DNA of 64,000 bases, from positions 5,890,001 through 5,954,000 of the forward strand of contig OZ024748.1 of assembly GCA_964016885.1 (NCBI GenBank), in the 5' to 3' direction. The notes beneath the pieces are model-generated. The model did no database searches, had not been told where the DNA came from, and saw only the letters and a program-made list of their open reading frames with translations. This DNA comes from Eledone cirrhosa. Its lineage: Eukaryota. Both the position numbers and the translations under genes were made by a program. This document shows positions 14,399-29,880 of this stretch, piece by piece. Each line of letters starts with the position of its first letter. Position 1 is the stretch's first letter.

Positions 14399-14456
<58 letters not shown>

Positions 14457-14505
14457 GGAATCAAAATGTTGGAAGATTAAGGATTACTATACAAATCCTG
14501 TATAT

Positions 14506-14947
14506 TAGACCTGAAAAATGCGCAAGCTCAAAAGAGCCACAGAATGCTATAATAAACCTTCAAAAGTGTGGGACTAGAGTTGTTGCTCAAAAATATTGTA
14601 ATCATTATCTATCGTACACTCTGTGGCATCCTTTTATAAAAAAGAGACTCATAACGAACTCAAGGCGACACGATAATTATTTATGCTAATGTTCAATATC
14701 TCATATTAGTTATTTAGTAATGATTAATACGAAATGCACTGAAACCGAATTCTATATTATAAATTCACTTAAATAATTATCGTGTCGTCTTGAGTTCCTT
14801 ATGAGTCTCTTTTTTCTAAAAGGATGCCACAGAATGTACGATAGATAATGATTACAATATTTTTGAGCAACAACTCTAGTCCCACGCTTTTGAAGGTTTA
14901 TTATAACATTCTGTGGCTCTTTAGAGCTTGCCCATTTTTCAGGTCTA
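14506..14947. mobile_element. Long-TIR fold-back element or MITE
   Basis: Arms of about 177 bp (14506-14683 and 14770-14947), highly similar, around an AT-rich spacer of about 86 bp. Ends are TA-GACCTGAAAAATG ... CATTTTTCAGGTC-TA (possible TA target site duplication, TSD). Confidence 0.8.
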
Positions 14948-15798
14948 GTTTAATATTTTTTTAAGGCAACGCTTGTAATAACTCTAGTTAAACGTGATAT
15001 ATATTAATAATAAATTATCGTTGTAATGTAAATAGATTATATAATTGTTATTTTATAAATGATCTTATAAATATTATTGTAAGATGTATAAAAATATTTT
15101 CAGACTTTTAATATAAACAACTACAAAAAAACAATCAATATTAAACACATATATTTTACATAATAATTTTGTTATAGTTGAATTAATAAAAATTAAATGT
15201 TACATACAAATAGTCTAACATAATAACAAAAAAATAATCTAACATAATAATAATAAAATAATCTAACATAAAACTTACAATAATATGGACAAATATACAA
15301 GTAAATATGATACAACCAATATTATAAGCATGTTATAACGAACTGAAAAAAAAATTAATATAAATTGAAAAAAATCATATATAAATTAACAATATAACTT
15401 ACCAAAACAAGAAAAAATAATTTGTGATGATAAACGACGAAATACAGGAGGAAGATTCGAAAGCGAAACGATAAATAAACGTGCAAACAAAGTGGCGGAT
15501 GCTTTTGAGCAACAATTACTCTCATTGGTTGATTAGCCAATAAGACGATGAAATTAGCCAATAAGACGATACATTACAAAAGTTGTTTGGCAGGGATCAC
15601 CACGGCCAGCGAAAGCCTTTGAATGTTTTATTCACAAGCTACGCATATATGTCAGACATGCAGACTTAAAACATTCTGTTGTTAGTCACTGCGTGTCTAA
15701 CAGATAGGAAATATAATAAAGATTTGAAAAAATTCACCTAATGAATTTTTGTTTATTTATATTATGTTAAGAAAAGAATAGTTATGTTTTATATTTGT

Positions 15799-15836
15799 AC
15801 TTGACCGGTTTCGCTTGGATGATTTTTTTCAAAAGT
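15799..15836 (-). ncRNA. Minimal hammerhead motif with U3-A8 core (stem II decayed)
   Basis: Minus strand actt-TTGAAAA-aaatcatccaagc-GAAA-ccgg-TC-aagt; stem I actt/aagt and a GUC triplet. Confidence 0.5.
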
Positions 15837-16355
15837 CTTCATTTTTTCATGTCTAATTTTCCATTGTAAATAATATTTTCGCCTATTTTATGTAGAAATG
15901 ACTTTTACAGGTCTAGCGCTGTTGCATCTGTATAAAATGATGATGATTTCAACCGCAGGAATCAGCTCAGTCGTGTAGAATTTTGATCGAGACTATATAA
16001 GGAATAAAAGATTAACTATCACAATTTATTTCATATTAATAGCCACTTAGAAATTATTTATTATCATTCACACTATTCTTACAAGATTCATTTTCCTTGA
16101 TGTAATTACCACTGTTGGAATCCCTTAAAATCTCCCATGGTTTCTTCAACATTCTCCCAGGAGTAATCCTGCATGTTAATAACTACAGCTCAATGTTCTC
16201 GGTGTCTTGTGTATTTTTTTTCTTTATTTCTTAATGAATTTCAACGTTAACCTCGCCACACTTTTTGTGTCCTGTTCTTGTTGTGCTCTTTCATTTCTGG
16301 CCCTTTAAAGAAGAAATAGTAAATGTCCTCATAATGATCATTGCTATAGATATAA

Positions 16356-16543
16356 ATAATTGTTTCTACTTTTGGCACAAGGCCAGCAATTACCCAGTGC
16401 ATTACTGGTACTTTATTTTATCGACCCCGTAAGGATGAAAGGCAAAGTTAACCACGGCGGGATTTGAACTCAGAATGGCAAGGGCCGTAACTCTATACGT
16501 CAAAGCCTGGCGTGCAACCCTCTATCGATACTGCCAATCCACC
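16356..16543 (-). mobile_element. Major-family SINE
   Basis: Reverse complement of the 29324-29512 consensus. Confidence 0.88.
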
Positions 16544-16739
16544 AAATAACAATATGTCGTTCAGTCGAAAGATTAAATCAGTCCCTATATTTGCTCCTGC
16601 TCACTGGGCTGTGAGTTCAATTCCGGCAGTGATCAGAGCTGCCTTTCATACTTGCGAAAATAAAGTACCAGTTAAGTAGTCGGTTCAATATATTTGACTC
16701 TCTCTTATTATTATTTACCTTCCTCCCCAGGGTGCAACT

Positions 16740-17100
16740 TGCTTTGTAGCATAGAGTTACGGCTCTTTACGTTCTGACTTCAAATACCGCCGAGGTTAAC
16801 TCTGCTTTTCATCCTTACGGGGTCGATAAAATAAAGTACTAATAATTGTTTCTACTTTAGGCACAAAGCCAGCAATTAACCAGTACATTACTGGTACTTT
16901 ATTTTATCGACCCCGTAAGGATGAAAGGCAAAGTTAACCTCGGCGGGATTTGAACTCAGACTGTAAAGGGACGTAACTATGCTAGAAAGCATGGAGTCCA
17001 ACCCTCTACCGAGTACTAATAATGCATTGGAGTCGATTTAATCGTCGTTCCCTTTCCCCCAAAGTTGTTTTCCTTGTGCCTGAATCGGAACCCATTATTA
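16740..17100. mobile_element. Plus-strand SINE interrupted by a minus-strand SINE (16847-17011)
   Basis: TSD agtactaataat at 16835-16846 and 17012-17023; the host SINE resumes at 17024. Confidence 0.8.
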
Positions 17101-17474
17101 TTTGTCTCCTATCTATTTCTTGGAGGATCGTCTGGGCAGAGACGATAAGCATGCCTTCCAGTGAGCCCTGTCGGACACAACTCTCTCCAATTGATCCGGC
17201 TGGATTACTATTTTCACTTCCCTCCAATGACTGATCTTGTGCCAATGCTAGAAATAATGGTTTCTAGTTTAGGCACAAGACCAACACATTTTGGGGGAGG
17301 GGGAAGTCAATTAAATCGATCCCAGTGCTTTATTAGTACTTTATAATGATTCAAAATAGAGTATTATTTCTCACGTGTGATTCTAGTCACAAAATAAATG
17401 AAAGGAAGAATATGGCCGAGTATATTCTTCTCCAAGTCTGATAACACTGCCAATTCTGAGAGAGAGAGATTGAG

Positions 17475-17541
<67 letters not shown>

Positions 17542-17675
17542 GAGACATACAGATAAACACACACACACAGAGGGAGAGAGAGAGAAAGGGACAGATAAAC
17601 AGAGATAGGGAGGGGGGAGAGATAAACATACACACAGAGGGAGAGAGAGATAGACAGATGAACAGGGAGATTGAG

Positions 17676-17730
<55 letters not shown>

Positions 17731-17864
17731 CACACAGAGTGAGAGAGAGATAGACCGATAACCACAGATAGATAGATAGAGGGAGAGAGAGAGAGAGGGG
17801 GGAGAGAAGTAGAGAGTTGAGAGAGATAGAGAGAGAGAGAGGGGGGAGAGAGAGCGTGAGAGAG

Positions 17865-17930
<66 letters not shown>

Positions 17931-18236
17931 TCATGGGAAGTATCGAACACACTACTTTATTTATTGAACCTGAAAGAATGAAAAATAACGTTGATTTGGC
18001 GCGATTTGAACACACTGCGTTGACAACCAGAGCCAATACAGAAAACATTCTATACCACGCACCAATGAATTTCCCACCTCCCACTTATTTCAACACACTC
18101 TTCCACACACTCATGAGCACGATAGCTGATATATACGTCCGGCCTCTGATAAATATATGAATTTAATTAAATATATATGGATATATATATATAATTAAAT
18201 ACGTATGGATATATGTGTGTATATATATATATATAT

Positions 18237-18312
<76 letters not shown>

Positions 18313-18502
18313 ACGATAAAAGTTATTACAACCTCAACCGATCTTTCTTTTTTGAATAGATTGGGATAGGTTTGCGAGTGTCTGAGGAAGGTACCGCTCC
18401 TATTTCTAGCAGTCTGGAATACCGATTCAAAACTGTCATTTGGCTCATACACTTATGCACGTACACACACACAGAAACACACACACGGACACACACACAC
18501 AT

Positions 18503-18533
<31 letters not shown>

Positions 18534-18874
18534 CTATCTCACACACACACACAATCATACATAAACCTCCCCAACGCTCAAACATTCCTACTCACACAAC
18601 GCACACACAGACACACAGACACATAAACCCACAAACTTCCTATACAACACACGCAAACACCACATACACGCACGCATGCACGCAAAAGCAATATACAATA
18701 CATTTAAACATACATACACACATTCACACACACACACGTACACTTCTGCACACTAACACACCGTACAAGACTTACACAGACACATACACAAGCGTACCAA
18801 AAACCTACTATAGAACACAAACAAACATTCAGGAACACACACAAGTACACACACTCACACACATATATTCACAC

Positions 18875-19460
18875 ACACTTTCTGTATAACACACACACAT
18901 TCTATTTAACGCACACACTTTCTGAATAGCACATACTCTTTTTGTATAACACACAGACTTTCTATTTAACACACACAATTTCTGAATATCACATACTCTT
19001 TCTGTTTTACACAGTTTCTGTATAACACACAGACTTTCTCTATAACACACAGACTTTCTGTATAACACACAGACTTTCTGTGTAACACACATACTTTCTG
19101 TGTAACACACAGACTTTCTGTATAACTCACAGACTTTCTGTATAACACAGACTTTCTGTATAACACATAGACTTTCTGTGTAACACACAGACTTTCTGTA
19201 TAACTCACAGACTTTCTGTATAACACAGACCTTCTGTATAACACACAGATTTTCTGTGTAATACACATACTTTCTGTATATATAACACACAGACTTTCTG
19301 TATAACACACAGACTTTCTGTATAACACAGACATTCTGTATAACACAGACTTTCTGTATAACACACAGACTTTCTGTATAACACACACATTTTCTGTATA
19401 ACACACACTGTTTCTATATAACACACACAGTTTCCGTATAATACACAAGGTTTCTATAAA
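18875..19460. repeat. 18-20 bp minisatellite (acacagactttctgtataac)n
   Basis: About 30 visible tandem units with decaying edges. Confidence 0.9.
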
Positions 19461-20110
19461 ATATACACATAAACATATTACTATAACATACACACAACTT
19501 TCTTTACAGCAGACACACAAACACGTAAATGACTATACAACATACAAACATATACTATGCAATACACAGGTAAAGTTTACTTTAAAACACACGCATACAC
19601 TATGAAACACAGTCACAAAAACGATTCTATCCAGCACACACACACAAACTTTACAAGACCCGCTTATAAACAGACAAACAAAACATTCTATACAACACAC
19701 ATTCATACACATTTTCAACTAATACACACATAGAGAAAATACATACAAACGTACTATGAACACACACATTCACCAAGAAAAATACACATATAAATACACA
19801 CACATAAAAATATGCAAATGCACACAAACTCAGAACCATTTATCATTTACATGGATATATATTTGTTTGTGTATGTGTGTGTCTGTGTGTGTGTCTGTAT
19901 GTGTGTGTGTGAGCGAGGTGTGTATATAATTCGCTTTATAAGCGTGTCTTTCTTTATATATTTGTATGTATATGTATATATATATGGATATATATGCAAC
20001 CACACCCACGTACACTTACAGAAACAGACACACATAGACATAGATATACACATATATATTTCTCTGTGTTCAAACCACAGGGACGCTGCAGAATGTATTC
20101 ACTGAAAACC

Positions 20111-20159
<49 letters not shown>

Positions 20160-20284
20160 AGTCTGTGTGTGTGTATATATATATCGGGATAGAACCAGTT
20201 TAAAACTGGTTAGGACATTACTCAACAGAGTACTCGATTCTTCTAGTTGTAAAATATGGTTATAAGAGTCGGAACAGCTTGTTC

Positions 20285-20366
<82 letters not shown>

Positions 20367-20546
20367 GTAATAATATATATATATGTATATATATATATAG
20401 AAATAATATATATATATGTATATATATAGTAATAATATATATATATTGTTCTTTATACATTAATGCGGTACAGTTTGACCGCGATTCCGAGCGAGTCCAG
20501 GGGGTAACTTCTACAAAATTCTTCATGGTATTATATATGTATACAT

Positions 20547-20646
<100 letters not shown>

Positions 20647-20678
20647 TTATATATATATTTACGTATACATATATTTAC

Positions 20679-20761
<83 letters not shown>

Positions 20762-20820
20762 CATATACATATAAAAAAATATATATATATATATATATAC
20801 ATGTATACGTATATATAAAC

Positions 20821-20949
<129 letters not shown>

Positions 20950-21012
20950 GTATAGGAACGAGTAGGACCCCGACGGCTGAGCTCAAGCCGTTTCGACGGC
21001 TAATTCTGGACT

Positions 21013-21045
<33 letters not shown>

Positions 21046-21547
21046 TATATGCAAAAGTTTTATTTAAGATTGTTGGGTTACAACGAGTAAATATTTTATA
21101 ACTGATATGTCTGAGGAGGGCATACCATATTTTTAATATGATATCCCAGAAATATATATAACGAAATAAATATGGTTTTATAAATATAGTTTCCATTTGT
21201 TTAATATCGTATATATATATATATAGAGAGAGAGAGACACACACAACACTCACAGTAGATATTCAGTGAATGAACCCTAACTCTGTAGTAAATACCAGAC
21301 GAAAGATATGCCATACGATGTGTGTTTTGCTCATATCATTCCTTCCTTACATAATTATCGTAACATTTACAATGACTTTTTAACGTCTACTACTGGTAGA
21401 ATCTCATCGATCATTCTATAAGTATAACGCATTGTATCTGTCATTCTATCTCTATGTCTTTATCTTCTGTCAACATGCACACATATACACATATACACTA
21501 ACACACTGATACACACACACAGATACAGACACAAACACACACACGCA

Positions 21548-21589
<42 letters not shown>

Positions 21590-21634
21590 TAAAAATTAGC
21601 GAGAATCGAATTTCAGCCTGTGAAATAACGAAAA

Positions 21635-21690
<56 letters not shown>

Positions 21691-21887
21691 CTTATATATA
21701 TATTTATTCATAGAAAAAGGGATGTATTTAATTATGTCTCATATATAATAATACAACTGGCTATCCGCAAAATACGTAGAGTTAGCACCCCAAACGTATA
21801 ATTGGGATTATACTAAGGTATATCCTAATGTTTGTTGAGTGAGAGGGAAATCGGTCGGAGTATTGCTTAAAGCTTTCTCTGTTAATC

Positions 21888-21942
<55 letters not shown>

Positions 21943-22819
21943 CATATTTATATATATATATACCTTTATACACGCAGACACATATATATCTATGTATTGA
22001 TATTGCATCCTCTTCGTTAGTTTCGTGTTTACTTTACCAATGTTTGTATGTATGTATATATATATAGAGAGAGAGAGAATGAAAGAGTGAGACGTGTGAT
22101 AGAGAGAGAGAGAGAGATATTTCTACCTATTTGCGGTGATCTGTGTTCGAAACCTTTGAAGATCCATTTTACGTTCAAATTATTCTTGTTCGTGAGTCCT
22201 AGCTCAGTGCCGGGGCGGTCATCTATTCTAGACACTCTACCGTAATGGATGTTGACCAGAATTTAAGGCAGGCGGGCCATAATAGTACCTATGCTTTGTC
22301 TTGATTGATCGCGAACCTAAAACCTCAAGTAAAAAATTGTTGAAATACATATAAAATATATCCAAACATTACTTTATTGACAGAGTATTAATATTCAAAA
22401 GAGAACTGGCTCTCAGAGTTCGAGGTTACAACGAAATATAATATGTGAGTGTGTTAGGGAGAGAGACTATATGGCCTGAGTGTTGTGTCAACAGGTTAGG
22501 GCGACAGAGCTCACTATACAAACACTTTGACACTAATTTGAAGTATTCCCAGGTAAATAATAGAAATAGTTATTACTATATGTTGCTTTATATTTATATG
22601 CCTATACAGACATACATACTGACTGACAGATACACTGACATATGTACCCAGGGTGGGGGCTGGTAGGTGAGGGGGGGGGGGGGGGAGTATGTTATAAATC
22701 CTTTTCATTTGGGCTTCGAATGTGGCCAGCACGGATTACTCCATGTATATGTAACAACATTTCTCCTTAAAATGCAACGAATATTCTATACTGACCGTTA
22801 ACTTTTGCAGTCTCCGATA

Positions 22820-22875
<56 letters not shown>

Positions 22876-22876
22876 C

Positions 22877-22921
<45 letters not shown>

Positions 22922-22922
22922 C

Positions 22923-23021
<99 letters not shown>

Positions 23022-23043
23022 TATGTATATGTATGTATGCATG

Positions 23044-23088
<45 letters not shown>

Positions 23089-23275
23089 GTGTATGTATGT
23101 ATGTATATATATATATGTGTGTGTATTTATGTATATATATATATATATATATACATACAAACATTCATGTGTTTCTCAGCATACACTCACGCACAGACGA
23201 AAGAACCAAAAACCCTATACAAATTTACACACACATAAATGTTTGTATGCACATATATGGAAATCTAGGTTGGGA

Positions 23276-23370
<95 letters not shown>

Positions 23371-23530
23371 CATACATATATATATATAGGTTGGGAATAT
23401 ATATATACATACATACATATATATATATATTTAAGAGTTAAACAAGATTCAATGAATACATCAAAGAATGAGTTTTACAAAAGATTGGAAGCACTCTACA
23501 GTTAAAATGTTTTACAGAGTTATTAATATT

Positions 23531-23740
23531 AATTCAAAATATTAACAAAATATATATTCTTGTGATCAATTATATTTTATTATACATATTTCAGAGGTAA
23601 ATCTTAACCATCTACCATGTCAGGGCATGTCATGTATTTTATCTGATGAGGACGTACTATTGAACTTAATTCAGTACCTCTGAAATATGTATAATAAAAT
23701 ATGATTGTTCACAAGAATATCTATTTTGTTAATATTTTGA

Positions 23741-23743
<3 letters not shown>
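23531..23743. repeat. Fold-back element, family D, with a hammerhead-like motif
   Basis: Arms at 23531-23599 and 23675-23743, followed by (TA)n. CTGATGA at 23643-23649, stem II ggacgtact/agtacctct, GAAA at 23682-23685, then tatg-TA. Stem I needs a 2-nt bulge. Confidence 0.7.
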
Positions 23744-23817
<74 letters not shown>

Positions 23818-24121
23818 TGGGGAATATATATATATGTTTTAATAAAGGGAACAAAAGATGGCAGGTAAAATTAGACAGTTATATTCCGTACGTATGTATA
23901 TAGAAATTTTGATAGGAAAATTCGCTGAGCAGTCTATTTAGTTTTAACTTACTTTATATATACGCAGGTAGGTCTGTTGTTTAATACAATTCCTTCGCAA
24001 CCGTTTGAATTCAGGATCCACCGTTACCTTAATTTAAGCTATAATCCCCTATATCGACGGTCTGTAAGTGACCATAATATTACCAGACTAGTAAAGGAAA
24101 GGTCTGACGTGTATATGTATG

Positions 24122-24227
<106 letters not shown>

Positions 24228-24283
24228 CACATGTGTATATATATTGGTATATACACACAGACACAGACACACACATATATATG

Positions 24284-24358
<75 letters not shown>

Positions 24359-24421
24359 GTACGTTATTCCGGGTTGTAAGGCACCCAATACATTGCAGAG
24401 TATAAAAGTTTTAATATAGAT

Positions 24422-24474
24422 GAGATTCTAGAGGACTAGAACTGTTTCATTCTTTAGAAATCATCAGGAATCTC
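24422..24474 (-). ncRNA. Type I hammerhead motif, family A, in an inverted pair (element about 24360-24524)
   Basis: Minus strand gagattc-CTGATGA-tttctaaagaat-GAAA-cagttctagtcctc-TA-gaatctc (7-bp stem I, one stem III mismatch). The mirror plus-strand copy at 24475-24520 has GTGATGA. Confidence 0.65.
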
Positions 24475-24521
24475 GTGATGATTTCTAAAGAATGAAACAG
24501 TTCTATTCCTGTAGAATCTCA

Positions 24522-24681
<160 letters not shown>

Positions 24682-24685
24682 TATG

Positions 24686-24737
<52 letters not shown>

Positions 24738-24840
24738 AATACATATATATATTTTTATATTTAACAAATATATATATTTATATATATATACATATTTACA
24801 TAAGGCAAGCACACACACACATATTAAATCATTTATATAC

Positions 24841-24891
<51 letters not shown>

Positions 24892-24934
24892 GTGTGTGTG
24901 TTTGTGTGTGTGGTTACAGACACACACACATATA

Positions 24935-24978
<44 letters not shown>

Positions 24979-25032
24979 ATACTGTATATATATATATACA
25001 ATTATATATATATAACATATATATATATATAT

Positions 25033-25064
<32 letters not shown>

Positions 25065-25107
25065 CGATATATATATATACAATATATATATATATATTAC
25101 ATATATT

Positions 25108-25141
<34 letters not shown>

Positions 25142-25438
25142 TACACACATATATATATATATATATATAGATAGATAGATATATAGATATATATATATAC
25201 ATATATATATACATATTATACACATATGTATATACCAGTATAGACATGTTTGGTGTTTAAACGTACACAGAATTATTATACGTATGGGTTTCTTACATAT
25301 TACGTGAACAATAATAGAAAAATATACTTGGAATTAATTTGTGAGAAACACTAGCATAACTAGTTAAGCTATACTTCAATTACATTATTTTGAAATAACC
25401 ATAATCTTAATATATATATGTATGTGTGTGTGTGCATG

Positions 25439-25517
<79 letters not shown>

Positions 25518-25655
25518 TTATATGAAATATACATTTTAAATCAGTTTGCATATTTATACGTAGATTTATATATGTATACTAAGAATTGTGTGTCTGTGGC
25601 CCTAGACACTTATTTATTTACACGCACACACAAACACACAGACACACACGCACAT

Positions 25656-25792
<137 letters not shown>

Positions 25793-25857
25793 TATTTATA
25801 TATGCATGCATGTATGTATTTATATATGATATTCATTTATAAATACAAAGGTGTGTT

Positions 25858-25942
<85 letters not shown>

Positions 25943-26221
25943 CTATACATACATATAATGATAGAAAATGATAGGAAGGTTCATTAGTTAGATATTAAAA
26001 TATTAAAAACATGTATTAATTGCCTAATTACTTCGATCAATTAATCGATGCAAAAGTTATTTGAACTAAATTAAACCTCGGCGTCTATCCGTACATCAAA
26101 ACAATTTTTACACACATATATTCTAAATCACACATTCATACATACTTAACATAGACATATATACACATATACCCAGACATATATACGAAATTACACATTC
26201 ATAATACATATCTAAACTTAT

Positions 26222-26254
<33 letters not shown>

Positions 26255-26382
26255 CACATATATGCGAAATCACACATTCATACTACATATCTAAACTTAT
26301 ACAAATATATATACACACACACATATATATACATACGTATATATATATATGTATATATATAGTCATAGAATGATAGAATGAA

Positions 26383-26462
<80 letters not shown>

Positions 26463-26642
26463 ACATACATATATATACGAAATTACACGTCCATACTGCA
26501 TACCTAAACATACACCACCATATATACGTATATTTAGATTATCATTGATACATACGTTTATAAATTCATACGTGAATTCATTTATTCATTCATATATATA
26601 CATACATTAGAGACACACACACACACAAAGAGAGATAAATAT

Positions 26643-26697
<55 letters not shown>

Positions 26698-27087
26698 ATA
26701 TATGTGTGTGTGTGTATGTATACATATATATGCATATATATTGATATTTTATATATATTATATACCCCAAGTATCGAATACTATGGTGGCTTTAGTCTAG
26801 TTGGTTTTTGCCACAACCTATATATATATATATATATATGGAGGAAGTTATAGTTCACTTGAAGCATTGTGTAATGAGGTATAAACGTTTGTATATGTAT
26901 AATAAAGCCAAAACAATGCAGGTGTGGATATAGAATAAAGAATGCAAATGCAAAAGATATTGTTGACAATTAGTCTTTTACCTTAGATTTATTTAAATGT
27001 CCTTAATTTTCGAGATAATATCTCTTCTTCGGAGGGAAGTAAAGCGGTTAAACCAGTGTTCTAAGTAGCTTGCCAAGTTTTGCTCAC

Positions 27088-27120
<33 letters not shown>

Positions 27121-27124
<4 letters not shown>

Positions 27125-27374
27125 TTAGTAAAAGGAAAAGAAAATGCTGACAAATTTTTCCCAGTGAAAAATAGTTTAATTAGGAATAAGTATAAATTAG
27201 TAATAAGTATTGGTTAGTATTCAGTTTTAGTTTTAAGCTTTTACCGGTAGCGTATTTCTGATGCTTTTCAAAAATAATTTTGAGATAGAGCGCTCGTGAT
27301 GTTTGCTCTAATCTGTTAAACTATTTTTCACTGGGAAACAATTGTCAGCATTTTCTTTTCCTTTTACTAATATA
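27121..27374. repeat. Fold-back element with a decayed family B hammerhead in the spacer
   Basis: Arms at 27121-27179 and 27316-27374, next to (TA)n. Minus strand 27238-27275 reads ttt-TTGAAAA-gcat-cagaa-atac-GCTA-ccgg-TA-aaa. Confidence 0.7.
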
Positions 27375-28177
27375 TCACAACTCGTGTGTTAAACCTCTAT
27401 TTTTTTAAATATATATATATCTATATACACATATATATGTATGTATATCTACATGTATACCCCCAGAACTGAAGACGAATCAAATTAGTTGCCTTTCTTC
27501 AGGCCACTTATAAAGTTTTACAATTTACTGCTAAAAGTTAAGCTTAGGTGTTTTTTGAATAATGAAAATAAAACAAATGTTGAAGATAAGTTCTTAATTA
27601 TTTCATTGATTTACTATCGTTTCAGAGTTGGGAATGATTATGACATATACATATATTGACTAATAATGGCTGATGTTGCTATTACATTTTTCCTTGTCTC
27701 GATATCATAGATCCAGATCGATTGGAATTTGTGGATGAGATGGCTTTACTTAACTAGCCAGAATTTAATCTCTCAATGGCACTTGATAGATTTAATGCTG
27801 AATACTGCATGGCTGGATTGGAATTCAGAGATAAACGAACTGAGAAACTCGTCCTTTCAAGAAAGCCTGCGCAATGCACTTTATATTTAAGCAGGTGGAG
27901 AATTTCAAAAATGTCGACGCACTGTTCACAAGTGATGGCAGGCAGGAGGCTGAATCAAGAGCATGAATAGCAAGAGCTGCTGCAGTAATGCGCTAGCTTC
28001 AGCATTCAGTAATTAGAAGGTAGGTAGTTGTAAAAGCTAAACTTGCTCTCTTCAATACAGTATTCCTGCCAACGTTTATCCTTGGAAAAGGAATCTTGTT
28101 TAATAACAGATATAATACGATTGTGAATAGAAGCGGCCGAAATGGGATTAACCTCGATAAAGTGCCTAGCTCGCAGA

Positions 28178-28375
28178 ACAGAGAGTCACTCAAGGTCGAG
28201 CCGCTACTACTTAGGATGTCTCAGGAAAGATTTGCTGGACTGATTTTACGGACAAAATGAACCGGCAAGAGTCCCAGGGGTAGACCTCAAGGAAGATGTT
28301 TGGATAACATCCATAAGCTTGGCTGGTTTCGCTTGGAGATCAAGCCAGATAAGTTGGTGACAAGACCCAATGAAA
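28178..28375 (+). mobile_element. Decayed RTE LINE fragment
   Basis: Joins sequence matching 29820-29852 (cagagagtcactc.aggt.gagc.gctact) to sequence matching the reverse complement of 38430-38570. Confidence 0.75.
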
Positions 28376-29128
28376 ATTGTGTTCCTTCTCGATCATGATG
28401 GCAGAGTCTTGAAGCACGTCTTCCCCTGGATCATATCAGAAGCAACTCTCTCCAATCGATCTGACTGGATCCTCAAGTGAGACCAGAGAAGTTTGGATGA
28501 TAAAATTACCAGGCGTCTGTTCTGTACGCCTCTATGGTTGTGTGGTTAGTTTTGAGAACAGGCTTTTGAGATATTTACACACAGCTCTACTGTTCTTATT
28601 AGTATTAACTACTTGTTTGTTATTTGGGTTCTTGGTGTCCTGGTTTAGCCCACGGTGAACCCTGAAGGATCTGACCAAGAATTAAATGCTTTTATGTGTG
28701 AGTAGTAAAGAAAAAGAGATGGAAAGAACGAGAAAAAAGAATGATAAAAGAGAAAAAGAATAAGAAAATCTTGATCGAATACAAACAGAATGAGAAAGAA
28801 GTGGAAGAAGAGGAACCGGAGAAAGAAGACAAAAGGAGAATGTGAATGAGAAAGATAGAAAGAGAATGATAAAGAGGAAAAAGAAGAGAAAGATAAACAG
28901 AGAAGAGAGAGAGAGAGAGAGGGGGAGGGGAGTGGATGCTTCACACTAGAGTATTTTTTTTAAAACTGAACTTTCACATATGTCTTTCAGTGATGAAAAC
29001 AACTTTACCCCCTTAAATCCCTCTAAAATCCTCTTCCAACCTCTATCACACCAAACTAATGACCTTGGTTCGATGACAGACATGTCTGTGTGTCATGAGT
29101 GGTAATATATCAGAGCTAAATGTCTTCG

Positions 29129-29310
29129 GATTGGCAGTATGGGTAGAAGGTCGGACGCCATGCTTTCCTGCATAGTTACGTCCCTTTACGATCTGAATTC
29201 AAATACCGCCGAGGTTGACTTTGCCTTTCATCCTTACGGGGTCGATAAAATAAAGTACCAGTAATGCACTGGATAATTGCTGGACTTGTGCATAAAGTAG
29301 AAACAATTAT
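29129..29310 (+). mobile_element. Major-family SINE
   Basis: Same head, core and tail as 29324-29512. Confidence 0.88.
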
Positions 29311-29323
29311 TTATTGAAGTAAA

Positions 29324-29512
29324 GGGGGTGAATTGGCAGTATCTGTAGAGGGTTGGAAGCCATGCTTTCTAGCATAGTTACATCCCTTTACGGTGTGAGT
29401 TCAAATCCCGCCAAGGTTAACTTTGCCTTTCATCCTTACGGGGTCGATAAAATAAAGTACCAGTAATATACTGGATAATTGCTGGCCTTGTGCCTAAAGT
29501 AGAAACAATTAT
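29324..29512 (+). mobile_element. Full-length tRNA-derived SINE (major family)
   Basis: A-box-like TGGCAGTATCTG, B-box-like GAGTTCAAATCC, core gcctttcatccttacggggtcgataaaataaagtacc (resembles the Nin/Deu-type SINE core) and tail ggccttgtgcctaaagtagaaacaatt. TSD ttattgaagtaaa at 29311-29323 and 29513-29525. Confidence 0.9.
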
Positions 29513-29554
29513 TTATTGAAGTAAACAGTACGATCCCAATAAACTAGTAATGAT

Positions 29555-29880
29555 CAGAGACGGCAATTAGAAAGTATAAACAGTTCGACAGTGGAATAAA
29601 TTGTTTTAAAAGTGAAGAAAAATCCGAAGAAGGGAGGTAGGCGCAAAAGCCAAACTCACTGTCTTCAATTCGGTTTTCGTGCCATTCCTTACCTATGGTC
29701 ACGAATCTTGGGTAATGACCGAAAGAATACGATCGCGAATACAAGCGTCTGAAATGGGATTCCTCTGAAGGGTCTTTGCTTTGGAGTAAAGTTACTCGAT
29801 AGAGTTCGTAGATCGGAGATCAGAGAGTCACTCCAGGTAGAGCTGCTACTTCTCCGAATTGAGTGATCACAGCTCCGATA
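29555..29880 (+). mobile_element. RTE-clade LINE fragment (region C-terminal to the RT core)
   Basis: Translates as KAKLTVFNSVFVPFLTYGHESWVMTERIRSRIQASEMGFL*RV...LLDRVRRSEIRESLQVELLLLRIE*SQLR, typical RTE motifs with stops. Confidence 0.85.

Noticed and set aside
18829-19520. Cys-rich repetitive ORFs and a superficially CRISPR-like periodicity
   Set aside because: A pure tandem minisatellite with no unique spacers or cas genes, in a eukaryotic context.
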